Below, piece after piece: positions 24,719-36,879 of a DNA stretch of 64,000 nucleotides; position 1 is the stretch's first letter, and each line of letters begins with the position of its first letter. The notes under the pieces were generated by a model. It was given only the letters and a program-made list of their open reading frames with translations. It ran no database searches and was not told the origin of the DNA. The position numbers and the translations under genes are program-made. Source of the stretch: Paraspadella gotoi (taxonomy: Eukaryota; Animalia; Chaetognatha); the NCBI GenBank assembly GCA_051294375.1, contig CM119269.1, positions 310,001-374,000 of the forward strand. Direction: 5' to 3'.

Positions 24719-25948
24719 TCAGCGAGCAGCGACGCCTTCGACTTCTCCTCCTCCTCCTCTTCCCTCTTCCTCCTCCTCCTCTTCCTCCTCTTCCTCCTCC
24801 TCCTCCTCCTCTTCCTCCTCCTTCCCCGATCCTCCCCAACCCTTCCCCCACCTTCCCCAGCCCATCCCCAAACCCTTCTGCTTTTTTGCTCCCATCTTCC
24901 CCTTCCTCCAGGCCTCCACGCAACGAAGGTCCATCGCGAAAGGAAGGAGAAGAAAACTACAACAACAACAACTCGGAGAAGAATAATAATGAGCCAACGT
25001 CCCGATCCTCTAAACCAACGGCGCAAAACTTCTCAAACAAAGCCTACAGCATCGAAGAACGCCCGAGCTACGCAGTAGTATTGAAGGAGTTGATCAAAAA
25101 ACAACAAAACGAAAACAACAACAATGACAAAAACAAAAACAATATTTCCCTTAGATCAACTGCCGAAGCCGGTCTTTGAATCTCCCTCCAGCAGCGTCCA
25201 CCCCGGCGTTGACTTTGGCGGCCGGCGCGCCTTGGGCCGTTACGTAGATTAATATTTGATTGTTTTGATATATAAGTATTTAGAAATGTTGAATTTTTGA
25301 AGTTCTGTAATTTTTTACATCGATTTTCGTATTATTCTACGAATTTTATTTTTCCGTCAATTTTAAAGAAGCTATGTCGCCTATTATTCATTTCAAAATG
25401 AAAGTACAATTTACCCAAATGTTAAAGAATACGCTTATATAAGTTTTGAATATTATGTCACACAAACACACTCATACTGGCCGACAACAATTTTATTTCA
25501 TTAATTTCAATTTTGAATTTAAATATTTAAAAATTTATATATTTAATCAGNNNNNNNNNNNNNNNNNNNNNNNNNNNNNNNNNNNNNNNNNNNNNNNNNN
25601 NNNNNNNNNNNNNNNNNNNNNNNNNNNNNNNNNNNNNNNNNNNNNNNNNNAGTAGAGCAGATGTCTGGCATATGGCGTAAAATGCGAAGGATGAGAGTAG
25701 ATTTTCCACTAGAAATGTAAATAAAAAAATTGTAACTCGTTTGTTTATTTTGATTATACGTTATTTCATTACTTAACTCATGGTAGATCCTATTACCAAA
25801 CAACCGAATGGCGCGATTAAATCGCAACAGTGTGATGGGTGGGAATCCATGATAGACTTAGTATTAACTTTTTTTGGTCGATATTTATACCTACGGTCTC
25901 TTTGTTGAATTTTTTTTCAGCAATATTGAGTAAACAAAAAACCGAGAA

Positions 25949-28186
25949 ATGAGAAACTTTTTTTGCCTCTTTTTTTTGGCCATGGCCGTTGGCGAACAAG
26001 CCTTATTCCGTCGTCAAAACGAATCGCAGAGATTCTACGTTAGTTTATTGTCAAAGTTAATTGGGAATTTAAGTTTGCGAGAATATTTAAATTAACTATT
26101 TTTTCTTTCTTTCCTTCCCCCCACCTTTTTCAGAACTGTATCGAGAGATATCGCGGCGAAGGAAAGACGGAATGTAAGCGAAAAGAGAGAGAAGAAAGGA
26201 AGAAGCCAACCAACTAACGCCATCTACGTTTTTTTTTTGTCTCTTGGCAGCCTTCATACGTCGACAATGTTGGCGATTTACTCACGCCGCGCTTGACCGC
26301 TTTCGTCAGATGCTGTGAGTTTATTTTTTTGTCGCCTTGAAATCTTAATCTTTCGCCTCGAATTTTTAATCTTTCGCCTCGAATTTTTAATCTTTCGCCT
26401 CGAATTTTTAATCTTTCGCCTCGAATATTTTTTTATCTCTCAGAGCTCGAGATCGATCCACGAAGCGACGACGACCACGAAGGCGACGACGACGACGACG
26501 GTGAGAAGGACGACGACGACGGCGAGTTGGCGACCGGCGCCAAGGAGGGCGACGACGACGCGGCGACCCGCGCCGACGACAACGTGGCGTCCAGCGTCTA
26601 GGAGGACGACGACGACTCGGCGACCAGCGCCCGAATATCGGCGACCAGAGGACGACGACGACGACGACGCGCGGCGACCTGCGCCGACGACGACGGTGTG
26701 GCGACCGGCGCCGAGAATGACAACATGGCGACCAGCGCCTAGGACATGGCGACCGGCACCAAGGACGACGACGACGCGGCGACCAGCGCCAAGGATGACG
26801 ACGAGGCGGCCGGCGCCAATAGCGACTTTTCCTTGGCGACCGCGCCAAGAAGGACGACAGACGACGAGGCGGCCAGCGCCTCGGACGACCACAACGACGA
26901 GGCGGCCAGCGCCTCGAACGACGACGAGGCGGCCAGCGCCTGGGACGACGACGAGGCGGCCAGCGCCTGGGACGACGACGAGGCGACCAGCGCCTCGAAC
27001 GACGACGAGGCGGCCAGCGCCTGGGACGACGACGAGGCGGCCAGCGCCTGGGATGACGACGAGGCGGCCAGCGCCTCGAACAACGACAAGGCGGCCAGCG
27101 CCTGGGACGACGACGAGGCGGCCAGCGCCTGAGACGACGACGAGGCGGCCAGCGCCTGGGACGACAACAAGGCGGCCAGCGCCTCGAACGACGACGAGGT
27201 GGCCAGCGCCTGGGACGACGACGAGGCGGCCAGCGCCTCGAACGACGACGAGGCGGCCAGCGCCCGAAGAACAGCGACCTGCGCCGGAAGATCGGCGACC
27301 CGCGCCTTCGACAAGACGACCAGCGCCAATATTAACCTTTCCGTGGCGTCCTTCCACACGACGACCAGCGTCGGCATATTGGCGTCCAGCGCCGGAGGAG
27401 GAGTGGACGACGCCTGCGCCACCACCAAGGAGAGTGTGGGTGGTGAGGACCCCGACGTCGCTCGTGGCGAAGCCAACTTCGCCAATTTGGGTGGCGCCAT
27501 GGCCGTCGAGTTGGCGACGGCGTGAAGGTCAACAACCAACAACAACAGCAGCAAAAACATCAACCATAACAACATCAGCCTCAACAACCTCCACAACATC
27601 CACTACAACAAGCTCCACAACATCCTCTACAACAACAACCTCTACATCTTCAACTCCATCAGCTTCTCCATCAACCTCTCCATCAGCCTCTGCAACAACC
27701 TCTACATCAGCCTCTACATCATCCCATCCATCATCCTCTACAACGCAATCTACAACAACATTATCCACTCTAACAACCTCAACATCTCACTCTACAGCAA
27801 TATCATCCACTCCATCAGCAACTCCATCAACAACTCCATCAACCTCTACAATACATTCTACAACAACATCATTCACTCCGTCAACATCTACATCACACTC
27901 TAAAACATCATCTCCATCAACCTCTACATCACATTCTACGACAACATCATTCACTCCATCGACCTTTACATCATACTCTACAACATCATCCGCTTCTTCA
28001 ACCACTACATCATTCGCAATTACTTCAAAAAAGTAAGTTTTCAAACGTCTAAAAAAGAATTCGCCGCAAAACGCAATTTTTTTTTGCCACAAATATTTCT
28101 AATTTTGTCTCAAATTTTTTTTCAGATTCGAAATTCCGAGAACGACGACGACAATGACGACCATGATGATGACCACAGGAAGGTGA
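25949..28186 (+). CDS. Secreted mucin-like Thr/Pro/Ser-rich protein; exons ~25949-26038, 26134-26173, 26251-26314, ~26446-28032, 28126-28186
   Basis: Signal peptide MRNFFCLFFLAMAVG; small Cys-containing exons; long exon of TTTRRPAP[G/R] repeats followed by an S/T tract. Exon 4 acceptor is ambiguous (CAG|AG). Confidence 0.6.
26330..26428. repeat. Intronic 21-bp tandem repeat (TTTCGCCTCGAATTTTTAATC)
   Basis: About 4-5 units; explains the repetitive IFRLEFL start of the ORF track. Confidence 0.9.
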
Positions 28187-28246
28187 TAAGTTTTTTCGAT
28201 TTCGAGTGCCGCGAATCTTTATCAAGATGGCCAGAAGGTGTAATAG

Positions 28247-29059
28247 TATATCTCTGTCGTGGATGAACTGTCTCGCGTAATTTTTTTAGAGAGCACCGCC
28301 TCTACGAAGTTTATTTATCAAAAAAGATGTTGGGATAGGATTTTCTCTCGGCCTCTGTTGTCAAAACATACTATCTTTGAACTTGTAACAGATTCTGGCA
28401 TTGAGTTTACATCCTTGGCATTTAAAGAATACATGAATTCGAAAAATATAAAAATTACTAATTTAAAACTTAGAGAATGGAGACTAAGTAGAGGATCGGC
28501 GGTCGCCGAACGACAGAACCGGCGGGTCCGTCAGTCTCTCGAAAGATTTATATCAGAGTCAAAGCAGAAAATGAAATTGGAAAAGGTTTTACCCATCATA
28601 GAAAAACAACTAAATGAAGAGCAGCTGGATATACTCGGTGGTATCAGTCCCTTGCAGGCCTTAACGTTAAACGCTCATCATATTTTTATGGTGTCGACGA
28701 GTAAAAAAATTGAAAAAAGACCAAATTACCTTGGCGAATTGACTAACGGCGACAATAAAACTTTAAAAATATGCTCTATAGTTAAAATTTACAAAAATAA
28801 AAAAAAGCAACCTCTCGTCGTCATCAAAAAGTTCGCCAGACGGAGGTCGTCTCGGCAGTTTTGTCTGCCGTTAGGATGTCCAGAAAATTTATACAAGAAT
28901 ACGCAGCGGCCCAAATCGAATACGACAAAAACTATTTATGCCAAGAAGAAAATAAACTCAATTCTGGCTGGATTATTGACTGGAGGGGGTGTTATTGTCC
29001 ATTCGGTGACGGGACTTTACATTGAAAAACCAGTCGAGGAATTGATGGTCTCAAATTAA
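28247..29059 (+). CDS. Polinton/Maverick-type rve (DDE) integrase, 5'-truncated
   Basis: YISVVDELSR (cf. YILTVIDVFSK), LVTDSGIEF (cf. TDxGxEF), SAVAERQNRRVR (cf. AERxNRT), later LKICSIVKI (cf. FKVGDKVRI); no RT nearby; packaging ATPase ~1 kb away. Confidence 0.8.
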   Translation, partial: YISVVDELSRVIFLESTASTKFIYQKRCWDRIFSRPLLSKHTIFELVTDSGIEFTSLAFKEYMNSKNIKITNLKLREWRLSRGSAVAERQNRRVRQSLERFISESKQKMKLEKVLPIIEKQLNEEQLDILGGISPLQALTLNAHHIFMVSTSKKIEKRPNYLGELTNGDNKTLKICSIVKIYKNKKKQPLVVIKKFARRRSSRQFCLPLGCPENLYKNTQRPKSNTTKTIYAKKKINSILAGLLTGGGVIVHSVTGLYIEKPVEELMVSN

Positions 29060-29218
29060 ACATTTTTTTGTGTGTAAATAATTGTGGTGGTTTTTATTGT
29101 ATCTGTATTGATTTTATGTACAAGAATAATATAATAATAATATAAGTTTGAATAATTTTTGTTTAATTTCATTTTGCTCAGATCGCGACAAAGATTTATA
29201 CAAACAACACGGCGAAAA

Positions 29219-30057
29219 ATGGACATGCAAAAAGGAAAACGGAACCGCGACAAGACTGTTACTGAATATCTTGGCCGCATCGAGGGAAAACTTGACCGGA
29301 TAATGATCCATTTTGGGGTGCCTGGTACAACCTTTAACCTACAACCTACAATGCGCACCTACCCTCCACCACCTTACCCTGGAAAAACTTACAACTCACA
29401 ACCACCAATTCTCCATCTTACCCGGTCACAACCTACAACTCACAACTGGTCACTACCTACAACTCACAACCTACAACCACCAATGCTCCTTCTTACCCGG
29501 TCACAACATACAACTCACAATCATCTACGGCCAACTACGCTCCTTCTTACCCGGTCACAACATACAACTCACAATCATCTACAGCCAACAACTACGTTCC
29601 TTCTTACCCGGTCACAACCTACGCCCCATCTTACCCTACCACTGGGACAAATTATTGAGGAAACTGGGAAAACCAGATGATGGCATCTTTTGGGTGGGAC
29701 CCCAATTGGATTCAAAACATTAACTTAGAAGATCTGGGGCCAGATTTTCTCTCACCTGTGGTGGCTACTAACTACGAAGTGGCCACGTCGTCATCACCAA
29801 CCACGCCTATTTTAGAGCAGCACCCACCCGTGACGAGCACACCGACATTGGACGGGGAAAATATTTCTCCACAGTCGTTACCAGTTGTGACTATAAGTTC
29901 TTCGCAGTTGGATCGACCGACGACGAGCAAACAAGATTTTCTTCCTCAGTTGTTGACAAAGGACCAGAAGACCAAGCCTCAATACTCAAAAGAAAATGGA
30001 GTTCGATCGCTGTTGTCTGGTCTGATCTTTAACATTTCGGACTTGCTGTGGGGATGA
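29219..30057 (+). CDS. Hypothetical Pro/Thr/Gln-rich repetitive protein(s), overlapping frames, convergent with the ATPase
   Basis: ORFs 29159-29680 and 29677-30057; internal ~45-bp tandem repeats (CTTACCCGGTCACAAC); 3' end overlaps the ATPase 3' end. Confidence 0.35.
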
Positions 30058-30789
30058 CAATCGATCAATAGATAAGGAAACTGATGTTCCGAGTTTTCTT
30101 GATTGTCGACGTAACACTCGACGAGCAGGTTGGGCTTGTTGGGATACAGTTGTCTTCCTAAAACTTGAAAGACGCTTCGATCGCGGGAGAACTTGGTCAA
30201 GACGAGATAAGAGGCGTTTAAATTTAGAGTCCTCAAAACTGGATTTTGTCTCGAATAAAGATTGTGAAGTATGAAGATGCAGTTTAGTCTCTAAAGTAAA
30301 AAAAGAATAAAAATAAGATTAATCAACAATCTAATGATATTTATATTAATTTTTATGTCATACCGAGTGATGCGAGATTACGCAAAAAATGCGCTGCAGG
30401 AGGTCGTAGTTCAGATCGGCCGAGTTGTCCAAGTCGTCGCAGATCAAGACGCTGTTTGGAGTTTCGGCGAGATCTTCCACTTGCTCCAGCGAAGGCGTTC
30501 CTTGATGGAAAGAGGCGCCGGGAAAGTTGTCGTTGTTATAATTGTCTCCGTTCGCTTGATGACAGATTAATATTTTTCTGAATGGTTTGTCAACTATCTC
30601 CCCGCTGTGTTTTATGAGATTTTAAACAAATGTAGTTTTTCCTGTAAAAAAAAACAAAAAATGTTTTTTAAGTAGTGATAAATAATTAACAAGTTTCTAT
30701 GAACCTGAATTTGAAGAACCGACCGCTAACATGCAAAACGGAGTAATTATGTTAGCGTCAAAAATGTTTTTATTCGATAGTGATTCCAT
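29979..30789 (-). pseudogene. Polinton/Maverick A32/FtsK-like genome-packaging ATPase; 3 exons (30789-30705, 30641-30364, 30290-29979); one in-frame TAA
   Basis: Spliced: MESL...TPFCMLAVGSSNS|GKTTFV*NLI...SVLICDDL...IFCVISHHS|RLNCIFILHNLY...RTLNLNASYLVLTKFSRDRS...LGRQLYP...PYLLID, i.e. Walker A, Walker B, SHH, LNAxY and RD motifs of Polinton ATPases; GT-AG introns of 63 and 73 nt with consistent phases. Confidence 0.9.
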
Positions 30790-30881
30790 TTTTTTATAAT
30801 GAATGAAGCTTTAGAGTCCGACCAATTATTATATATAGTAGCTCACAAAAGTTATTAATTTTTTTTTTTTTTTTTTAGAAA

Positions 30882-31781
30882 ATGAATTCTACCAATCAAC
30901 CCACCAACCAAAGGGACAGTCAGGTAACTGTCAAGGAAGCGGGGTCAATAACGACCACACCCTTACAGTTAAATACTGCCATTTTAACGCCAATTTTTGC
31001 AAGTTCGAGCAATGCCATACAACCCACATTACAGTGGGGAATACACGGAGCTACAGATTTAATTTTACGGAACGCTAAAAATATTATTCCGCAAAATGCT
31101 CCAACTTTTCAAGATATAGGAAAGAATTTTGCCGTTTATTTGACCAGCAACAAGCAAGAAGAAGAATTAAAAATTAGGCAAGATGAAGTCGTCAGTCTTA
31201 GAAAGATCCAAATACAACAGATTCATCACATCAACCATCAGAATCTGTTACTTCATCATCAACAAGAAAAGATAAGGGAACAAGAAATTAAATTAGGCCA
31301 GATGCAAATGGCGTTACAGCAAAAATCGAGGCCAACGTATTTTCACACATCCTCTCTCTCTCAAACGATGTCATCAACGTCTCAACAATGGAGACCCACT
31401 TCCTGTCTAACGTCATCTCATTCTACGATCCCTACTCCTCGTCTCTCTCAAATGCCAATAGTTTTTAATTCACCCGCACTTCCGTCACCTTTACAACACC
31501 CTCAAGTTGGTGTGACGCCATTTTCCAATCAACCTCACACACCCCGTCTACAACCTCCAACAATTACACGCCTCGCGCCTCCTCGCGTTCAATTAGTTTT
31601 GGTGCCGCATTGTCAAGACATTCCGCAAAAAAAAAAGTCAATCGTCGTGACTGAGAAACAGAATATAAATTACGAAACAGAATTTGAAGAATATCTAAAA
31701 AAAATTCAGGAGGAAGAAGAAAAACAGAAGGAACATAAAAAAGAACTGATGAAGAAAAAAAAAGGGTTAAAAAGTTATTAG
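30882..31781 (+). CDS. Hypothetical Gln/Pro-rich, coiled-coil protein divergent from the ATPase
   Basis: 299 aa ATG-initiated ORF in AT-rich DNA starting 92 bp from the ATPase ATG; may continue past a frameshift to ~32017. Confidence 0.5.
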   Translation: MNSTNQPTNQRDSQVTVKEAGSITTTPLQLNTAILTPIFASSSNAIQPTLQWGIHGATDLILRNAKNIIPQNAPTFQDIGKNFAVYLTSNKQEEELKIRQDEVVSLRKIQIQQIHHINHQNLLLHHQQEKIREQEIKLGQMQMALQQKSRPTYFHTSSLSQTMSSTSQQWRPTSCLTSSHSTIPTPRLSQMPIVFNSPALPSPLQHPQVGVTPFSNQPHTPRLQPPTITRLAPPRVQLVLVPHCQDIPQKKKSIVVTEKQNINYETEFEEYLKKIQEEEEKQKEHKKELMKKKKGLKSY

Positions 31782-32869
31782 GTTATCAAATTAAAGCAAG
31801 AGAAAAGAAAGAAAGTAAAGAGAGAAAACAGGCGGAAATGGAAAAAAAGAAAAACACCGAGGTGGTCATGTTCCCGTCGCTAGAAGTGAACACTGAAAAC
31901 TATTTTAGACAATTTATACCATCATCAAACGATAGGGTAATGATAATAGACGATGATGATGATGATGATGAGAATCGTTTCTTAAAAAATAAAAACTTTT
32001 ACCTTGTTCCGCCTTAGGCAGTGATTTTGATCGAGGAATTCAGAAAAAAAACCACTTTTTGCAATATTGCTAGAATATTACCTTCAAAATTGATTAATTT
32101 TTGAATCCTAAGACAAAGTCAGCTCGATTACGGATTAATTGAAATCATCTGCTGCATTTTCTAATCAAGAATAAATATCATTTTTGCTACTTTTAATAAA
32201 AAAAATTATGTCCATTTTTGTCCATTTTCACTTTTGTCTTGAGATTTGAATTGCCAAGATCATTGAAGAAAAATTTTTTACTCCGGCTTTCGGGTCCTTC
32301 TTATCTTTTACCTCTGAGTTGGTTCATTTTCAGTGGTATTTATGTTTACCTATGAATTATTTTTAAATTGACTGGTCAAAAACTTACATTTTTACATTTT
32401 ATTACAATTTGTTAAACAAAAAATACTTCAAAATGTTCACAATTCTAATAAAATATTCCCTATGAACGGTGCTTCTGGTACCTAAAAAATTAGGAGCAAA
32501 ATATTTAATACTTTTGCTGCCAAAAAAATTTTTACGTCAACTTTTAATTTGTGAGGATTTGTGATGGTGCGTATTTATTTGAACTAAAACACGGTTTTTA
32601 ACTCTTTTTATAGTTTTAACAGATGATAAACATACTAAGGTTGACAAATTAAAAAAACCGCCTTCTTTTATTGAAAGGGGAAGCGTCAGCAAATTAATTT
32701 CTCTCAATCGACAGCTTTTTGCGGAAAAAATTTCCGCAAAAATCTTGTCGATTTTTTAAATCTGCTTGGCAACCAAACTTTGAATAAAATCATACCGCTA
32801 CCGAAGTTTTCGCAAATAAATTAGGAGAAAAAAGTTTATTTTTGTTTTACAAACAACGACTTTTATTTT

Positions 32870-33200
32870 TTTGAAACGCATGTTTCGATTCTTTTTCGAT
32901 CTTCTAATTTTATAAGAAAATTTGTCAAACATTATGATGAAGAGATGAGGAGAGAGAGAGAGAGAGAGAGAGAGAGCGTCCACCAAAGATTGAGTAGATG
33001 GATAGTATTGAAGGTGAGGACAGCTGAAGGACAGAAGTTACTGACTATGTCGAAATAAAATAAAATTTAACGCTTATTATGGGGGCGTGAAGCATCAAAA
33101 TACTTAACGAGCAGAAAGAGAAAAGAGAGAGTCAGAGCAAAAGTTTCGAAAAGAAAGAAATTAAGAAAAGAAATGAAAACAAGAAAAAGTTTCATAACAT
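32870..33200 (-). repeat. Degenerate Penelope pseudo-LTR-like repeat
   Basis: Shares GAAGGTGAGGACAG and GACAGCTGAAGG words and an AG tract with 43.9-44.2 kb; decayed ...ATCGAAACATG hammerhead remnant on the minus strand. Confidence 0.5.
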
Positions 33201-34369
33201 AGTGTGCCGATTTTTTTGCCTAAGTTAGTAGTATATCTAAAAAAATGCAACAGTTCTTACGAGCAATTTTATCTTTAAAAGTTGTTCTTACCATGAAAAA
33301 TCGTTTTTAGTTTCTTCTTAATTAAGGCTGATACGTAATTGGAGATGATTGACGTGAAAGAAATAATGTCTTACCTATTTTGAAAGCATAGAAATTTACC
33401 CAGTGAGTCTTATGTTATAAGGAAAAGATAACTAATGCCAACCGTTTTTTTAAATAAAGAGTGTTTCATATTTATCAGTGGGAAAAAAGAATTAAAGTTA
33501 TTTAAGTCCAATTTCATTATTTGAAAATACCCAAAGCAAAATCACTGCCCTTATTAAGCAAGAGTACATTATTCAATTACAAGCTGATATAGTTCATCCA
33601 TCTATTTTTCGCCTTCCTGTGCAGTCATTCCTTATCGAAGTTATCTATAACTTTCACACAATAAACCTGATGGTTTCCTTGATATGTATTAAAGTATGAG
33701 AGATGTAATATCATTGGAACGGTTTTTATTAAAGTTTGAATTAAGGGTGTTTTTCTGTATTTTTTAAGGTTTTGAAGGGTTATATTTCATAATATAGTAG
33801 TCGTATTTAAAAAAAATTATATATTTGTAATCAGTGCACCGACAGTTGGTTGGCATAATTACTATTTTTAAAAAAAATATTGTTCAAAAAAATGCATATT
33901 TTGATATTTTGTTGAAAATTAATTTTGGATTAAAGAATAACAAATATTCTATTTTATGCATTGTATGTTATTGATGTATCAGTTAGCTATTATTTCGAAA
34001 TAAATTTTTTTTAAATTATCATAAGACTGAATATACAATATTATCAAAAAATATATTGCTACTGTATGCAAATGAGTTTTAACAAAGCTGTATTTGATCA
34101 TTTTGTTTTACCACTGGTTTAGGCAACCCCTCCCGGTTATATCACCCATAATATAAGAGTATTTACTACCATATTTTTTTTACAGTATGCAAATTAATTT
34201 TTTGTCCAAAAAAATGCCCATTCACTATTTTTTTTTTTTAAAGTGGCTCAAACTCTTATGGCGAATAAACCACCCTCAGGTCTAACCCGTATTCAATTTT
34301 CAGCTGATTTCCAGCATTTACAAAAAAGTTACAGCCTCCCTGGACTTTTCCAGGTTCTTCAAAACCGAT

Positions 34370-34634
34370 ACTGTAGTTAACTAAATTCTTAATTTATTTT
34401 GTCATTACTAGTTTAGTATTAAGTTTTTCAATTTATCACTCTGTTGTACATTGCTGAATGTAATTATTTTTTTTACCTCTGTTGCTTCTCTCTCTCTCTC
34501 TCGCAATTTAACCTTTCAAGTTTCAACCAATCTTATCTTCTTCCAAGTCCTTACCTTTACCTGTCCTCACATCTGACCACTGTCCTTTCTAAATTCTTTG
34601 TTGGAATCTCCCTCTTTCTTTCTCTCTCTCACTA

Positions 34635-34678
<44 letters not shown>

Positions 34679-34770
34679 AAAACTAATGTTAAAGAGAGAA
34701 AATTTGTTGATTATTAAAATCGCTGAAGAAGACTCTTAATACCGAATTAAAACTTGTCCGATCTACAATA
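34370..34770 (+). repeat. Degenerate Penelope pseudo-LTR-like repeat
   Basis: TTGTACATTG, TCTGACCACTGTCCTTTCT, CT tract, then CTGAAGAAGACTC...AAACTTGTCC, in the same order as in the pLTRs at 43.8-44.3 and 54.1-54.7 kb. Confidence 0.65.
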
Positions 34771-34958
34771 ATAAAAATTGTTGTTGCCTATTAAAAACTG
34801 TTTTTTTCTAAATTCTAAACACAATGAAAAGAAAGAATCATAACAATGTCTATTTAACTTTTTTAATAATTCTAGATTATCAATTCAATTAAAAAACTAA
34901 TGAATTATTTTGATCAAATAAATTTCATTATAATTTTTTTTAGAATAAAAATTAAAAT

Positions 34959-36488
34959 ATGGTTGAAAGTGGTAAAATCTTGTCAGGAGATTATTCCGTT
35001 AATCACAAACCAATCAAAAGAAACTATTTAACTATAAAAATGTTTCAAGTAGTAGAACTACTGATACACGTGAATAAAATTTTTTCCAAAAACTTTATGC
35101 CAATGATGAGACACTTTAGAAATGTTCAGAATCAGTTCAGCACGTTTATTCACGATGAGAAGATTAACAATCGGGGCTGCGTGATGGATATGCAGGTTCA
35201 TCGATATACGCTACAAAGGCACAGGCGTTTCAGCGAGATTGAGGACCTGAAGGAACTGACGGTGACCCCTGGCAACGAGGAGGAAGTTTTCTTATGAAAA
35301 GAAAAAACTAAGTATGGACTATAAGAAACAGTTTTTTACTCTCATCGACTTTGATAATTTAAACATTAATTATTTAAAAAATTGTTTAAATATGCAAGAA
35401 CCCGTTTTAATTAATGATTTGGAGTTTATAAAAAAAGATTAAAATTTATAATTATAATGGTCAAGCACATTCAAAAAAAGCATTGTTTTCGCTTATACTT
35501 GAAATGGGGTGCAAATTAAATAGATTTTGTGATATTTTTGTTAAATATATTATAGCCACGCCTTTTTATAATACAATAAAAACTATGAACACATTGAGCG
35601 AATATGAAATTAATCTGTATCGATATTCATCGGTTTTTTCTATCAAAAATTACAATAAACTTTTAAAAAATTAAGTTGAATTTTTCAAACGATTTGCAAA
35701 CGATTTGTAATTTTTGTTCTATGTATAAATATGATGCAAGTACAAGAGAGAAACTGTGCGATTGTGTAATCGGAGAATGTGAAGTTCAAGATTATTTTGA
35801 TTTAGTGGGTGATTTAATTGAAGCAGGAAGAAAATATTGTTATTTTTGATCCTAAAAGTTTAACTGAGTTTTACATTCATCGACGTCGCGAAAACTGTTA
35901 TTCTAACACAGATACGGTCGATTATAACAACATTCCAAATTATTATATTTTATATATAAATATATACATATACCTGTTTTAGTTTTAATTATATAAAAAA
36001 AAGAGTGACCTTGAAAAATTAAAAGAAGAAAAAAAACTGTTGAAACCCTTGATGATAATGATGATGGTGACACAAACTTTTTGAGTTTATCTCAAAATGA
36101 CATGGATATGGACGTCACGGGGATTCCTCAATCATTGAATGAAGAAGAAGAGATGATCGCCGATTCTAAGGAGGGAAAAATGTGTGTCAAGTTGATCCGA
36201 TCAACTTTTAAACTGTGTTAAAACCTATTGATTTTGTTTGGGATCATCCAAAAGTGTTACATCGATCTCATTTCATGCAAATCGATTCCCATTGCAGAAA
36301 CTCACTGCGTTTTCTGCAATTTGCTTCTCCGTGTTAATAAATTCATGATGGAATTGATGTACCTGGAAAGAGAGTTTCACACGCTCAAAAATTCTTCACA
36401 TTTAGACTTTGAAGAAATGAAAAATCAATTTACGGTGATGGTAAAAAGGTTTAAAAATGGTAAACATCTTTTGATAACCCTGATTTAA
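34959..36488 (+). pseudogene. Run of three closely packed, partly decayed hypothetical ORFs next to the Polinton terminus
   Basis: ORFs 34959-35297, a broken ORF ~35315-35900 and ~36103-36488; same strand, tight spacing, no domain recognised. Confidence 0.35.
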
Positions 36489-36879
36489 ATAAACACCTAG
36501 TTCATGTGATTAAAATGAATTTTGTATCTTTAAGATTAAATCAAACAAGATTACAGGTTTATGGGTGGGGCTTTTCATCAAGATACATATTTTAAATTGT
36601 ATAATTATTTAAATAACGTGAAAAACTCTTACGAGAATCCCCGAATGTTTCTAATTCAGGATCTCCATCCGTGCGATACATCTATGTTAAGGTTTTGAAA
36701 ACTTGATATTTAAGATAATTCATATAGCAGATACACTTAATAGATAGTTTAATTTAATTATGAAATTGATTAGGGACATATAAAAATATTTATAAGGAGA
36801 TCATCTATAAAAAAATCTCTTAGTAGCAGGAAAAAAAATTGCAACAAATATTGAAATAGTAAGGATGATGTAATCTATG

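Larger units (their letters stand above)
19900..25200 (+). mobile_element. Ty3/gypsy LTR retrotransposon, CsRn1/Kabuki-like; outer limits approximate, 3' LTR not seen
   Basis: ...CA|TGGTGAGAACGAC PBS-like site at 20017 (resembles tRNA-Trp PBS); gag with CHCC motif; pol in order PR-RT-RH-IN. Confidence 0.93.

Noticed and set aside
26408-28092. Antisense and alternate-frame ORFs over the mucin exon
   Set aside because: Shadows of a GC-rich tandem repeat.
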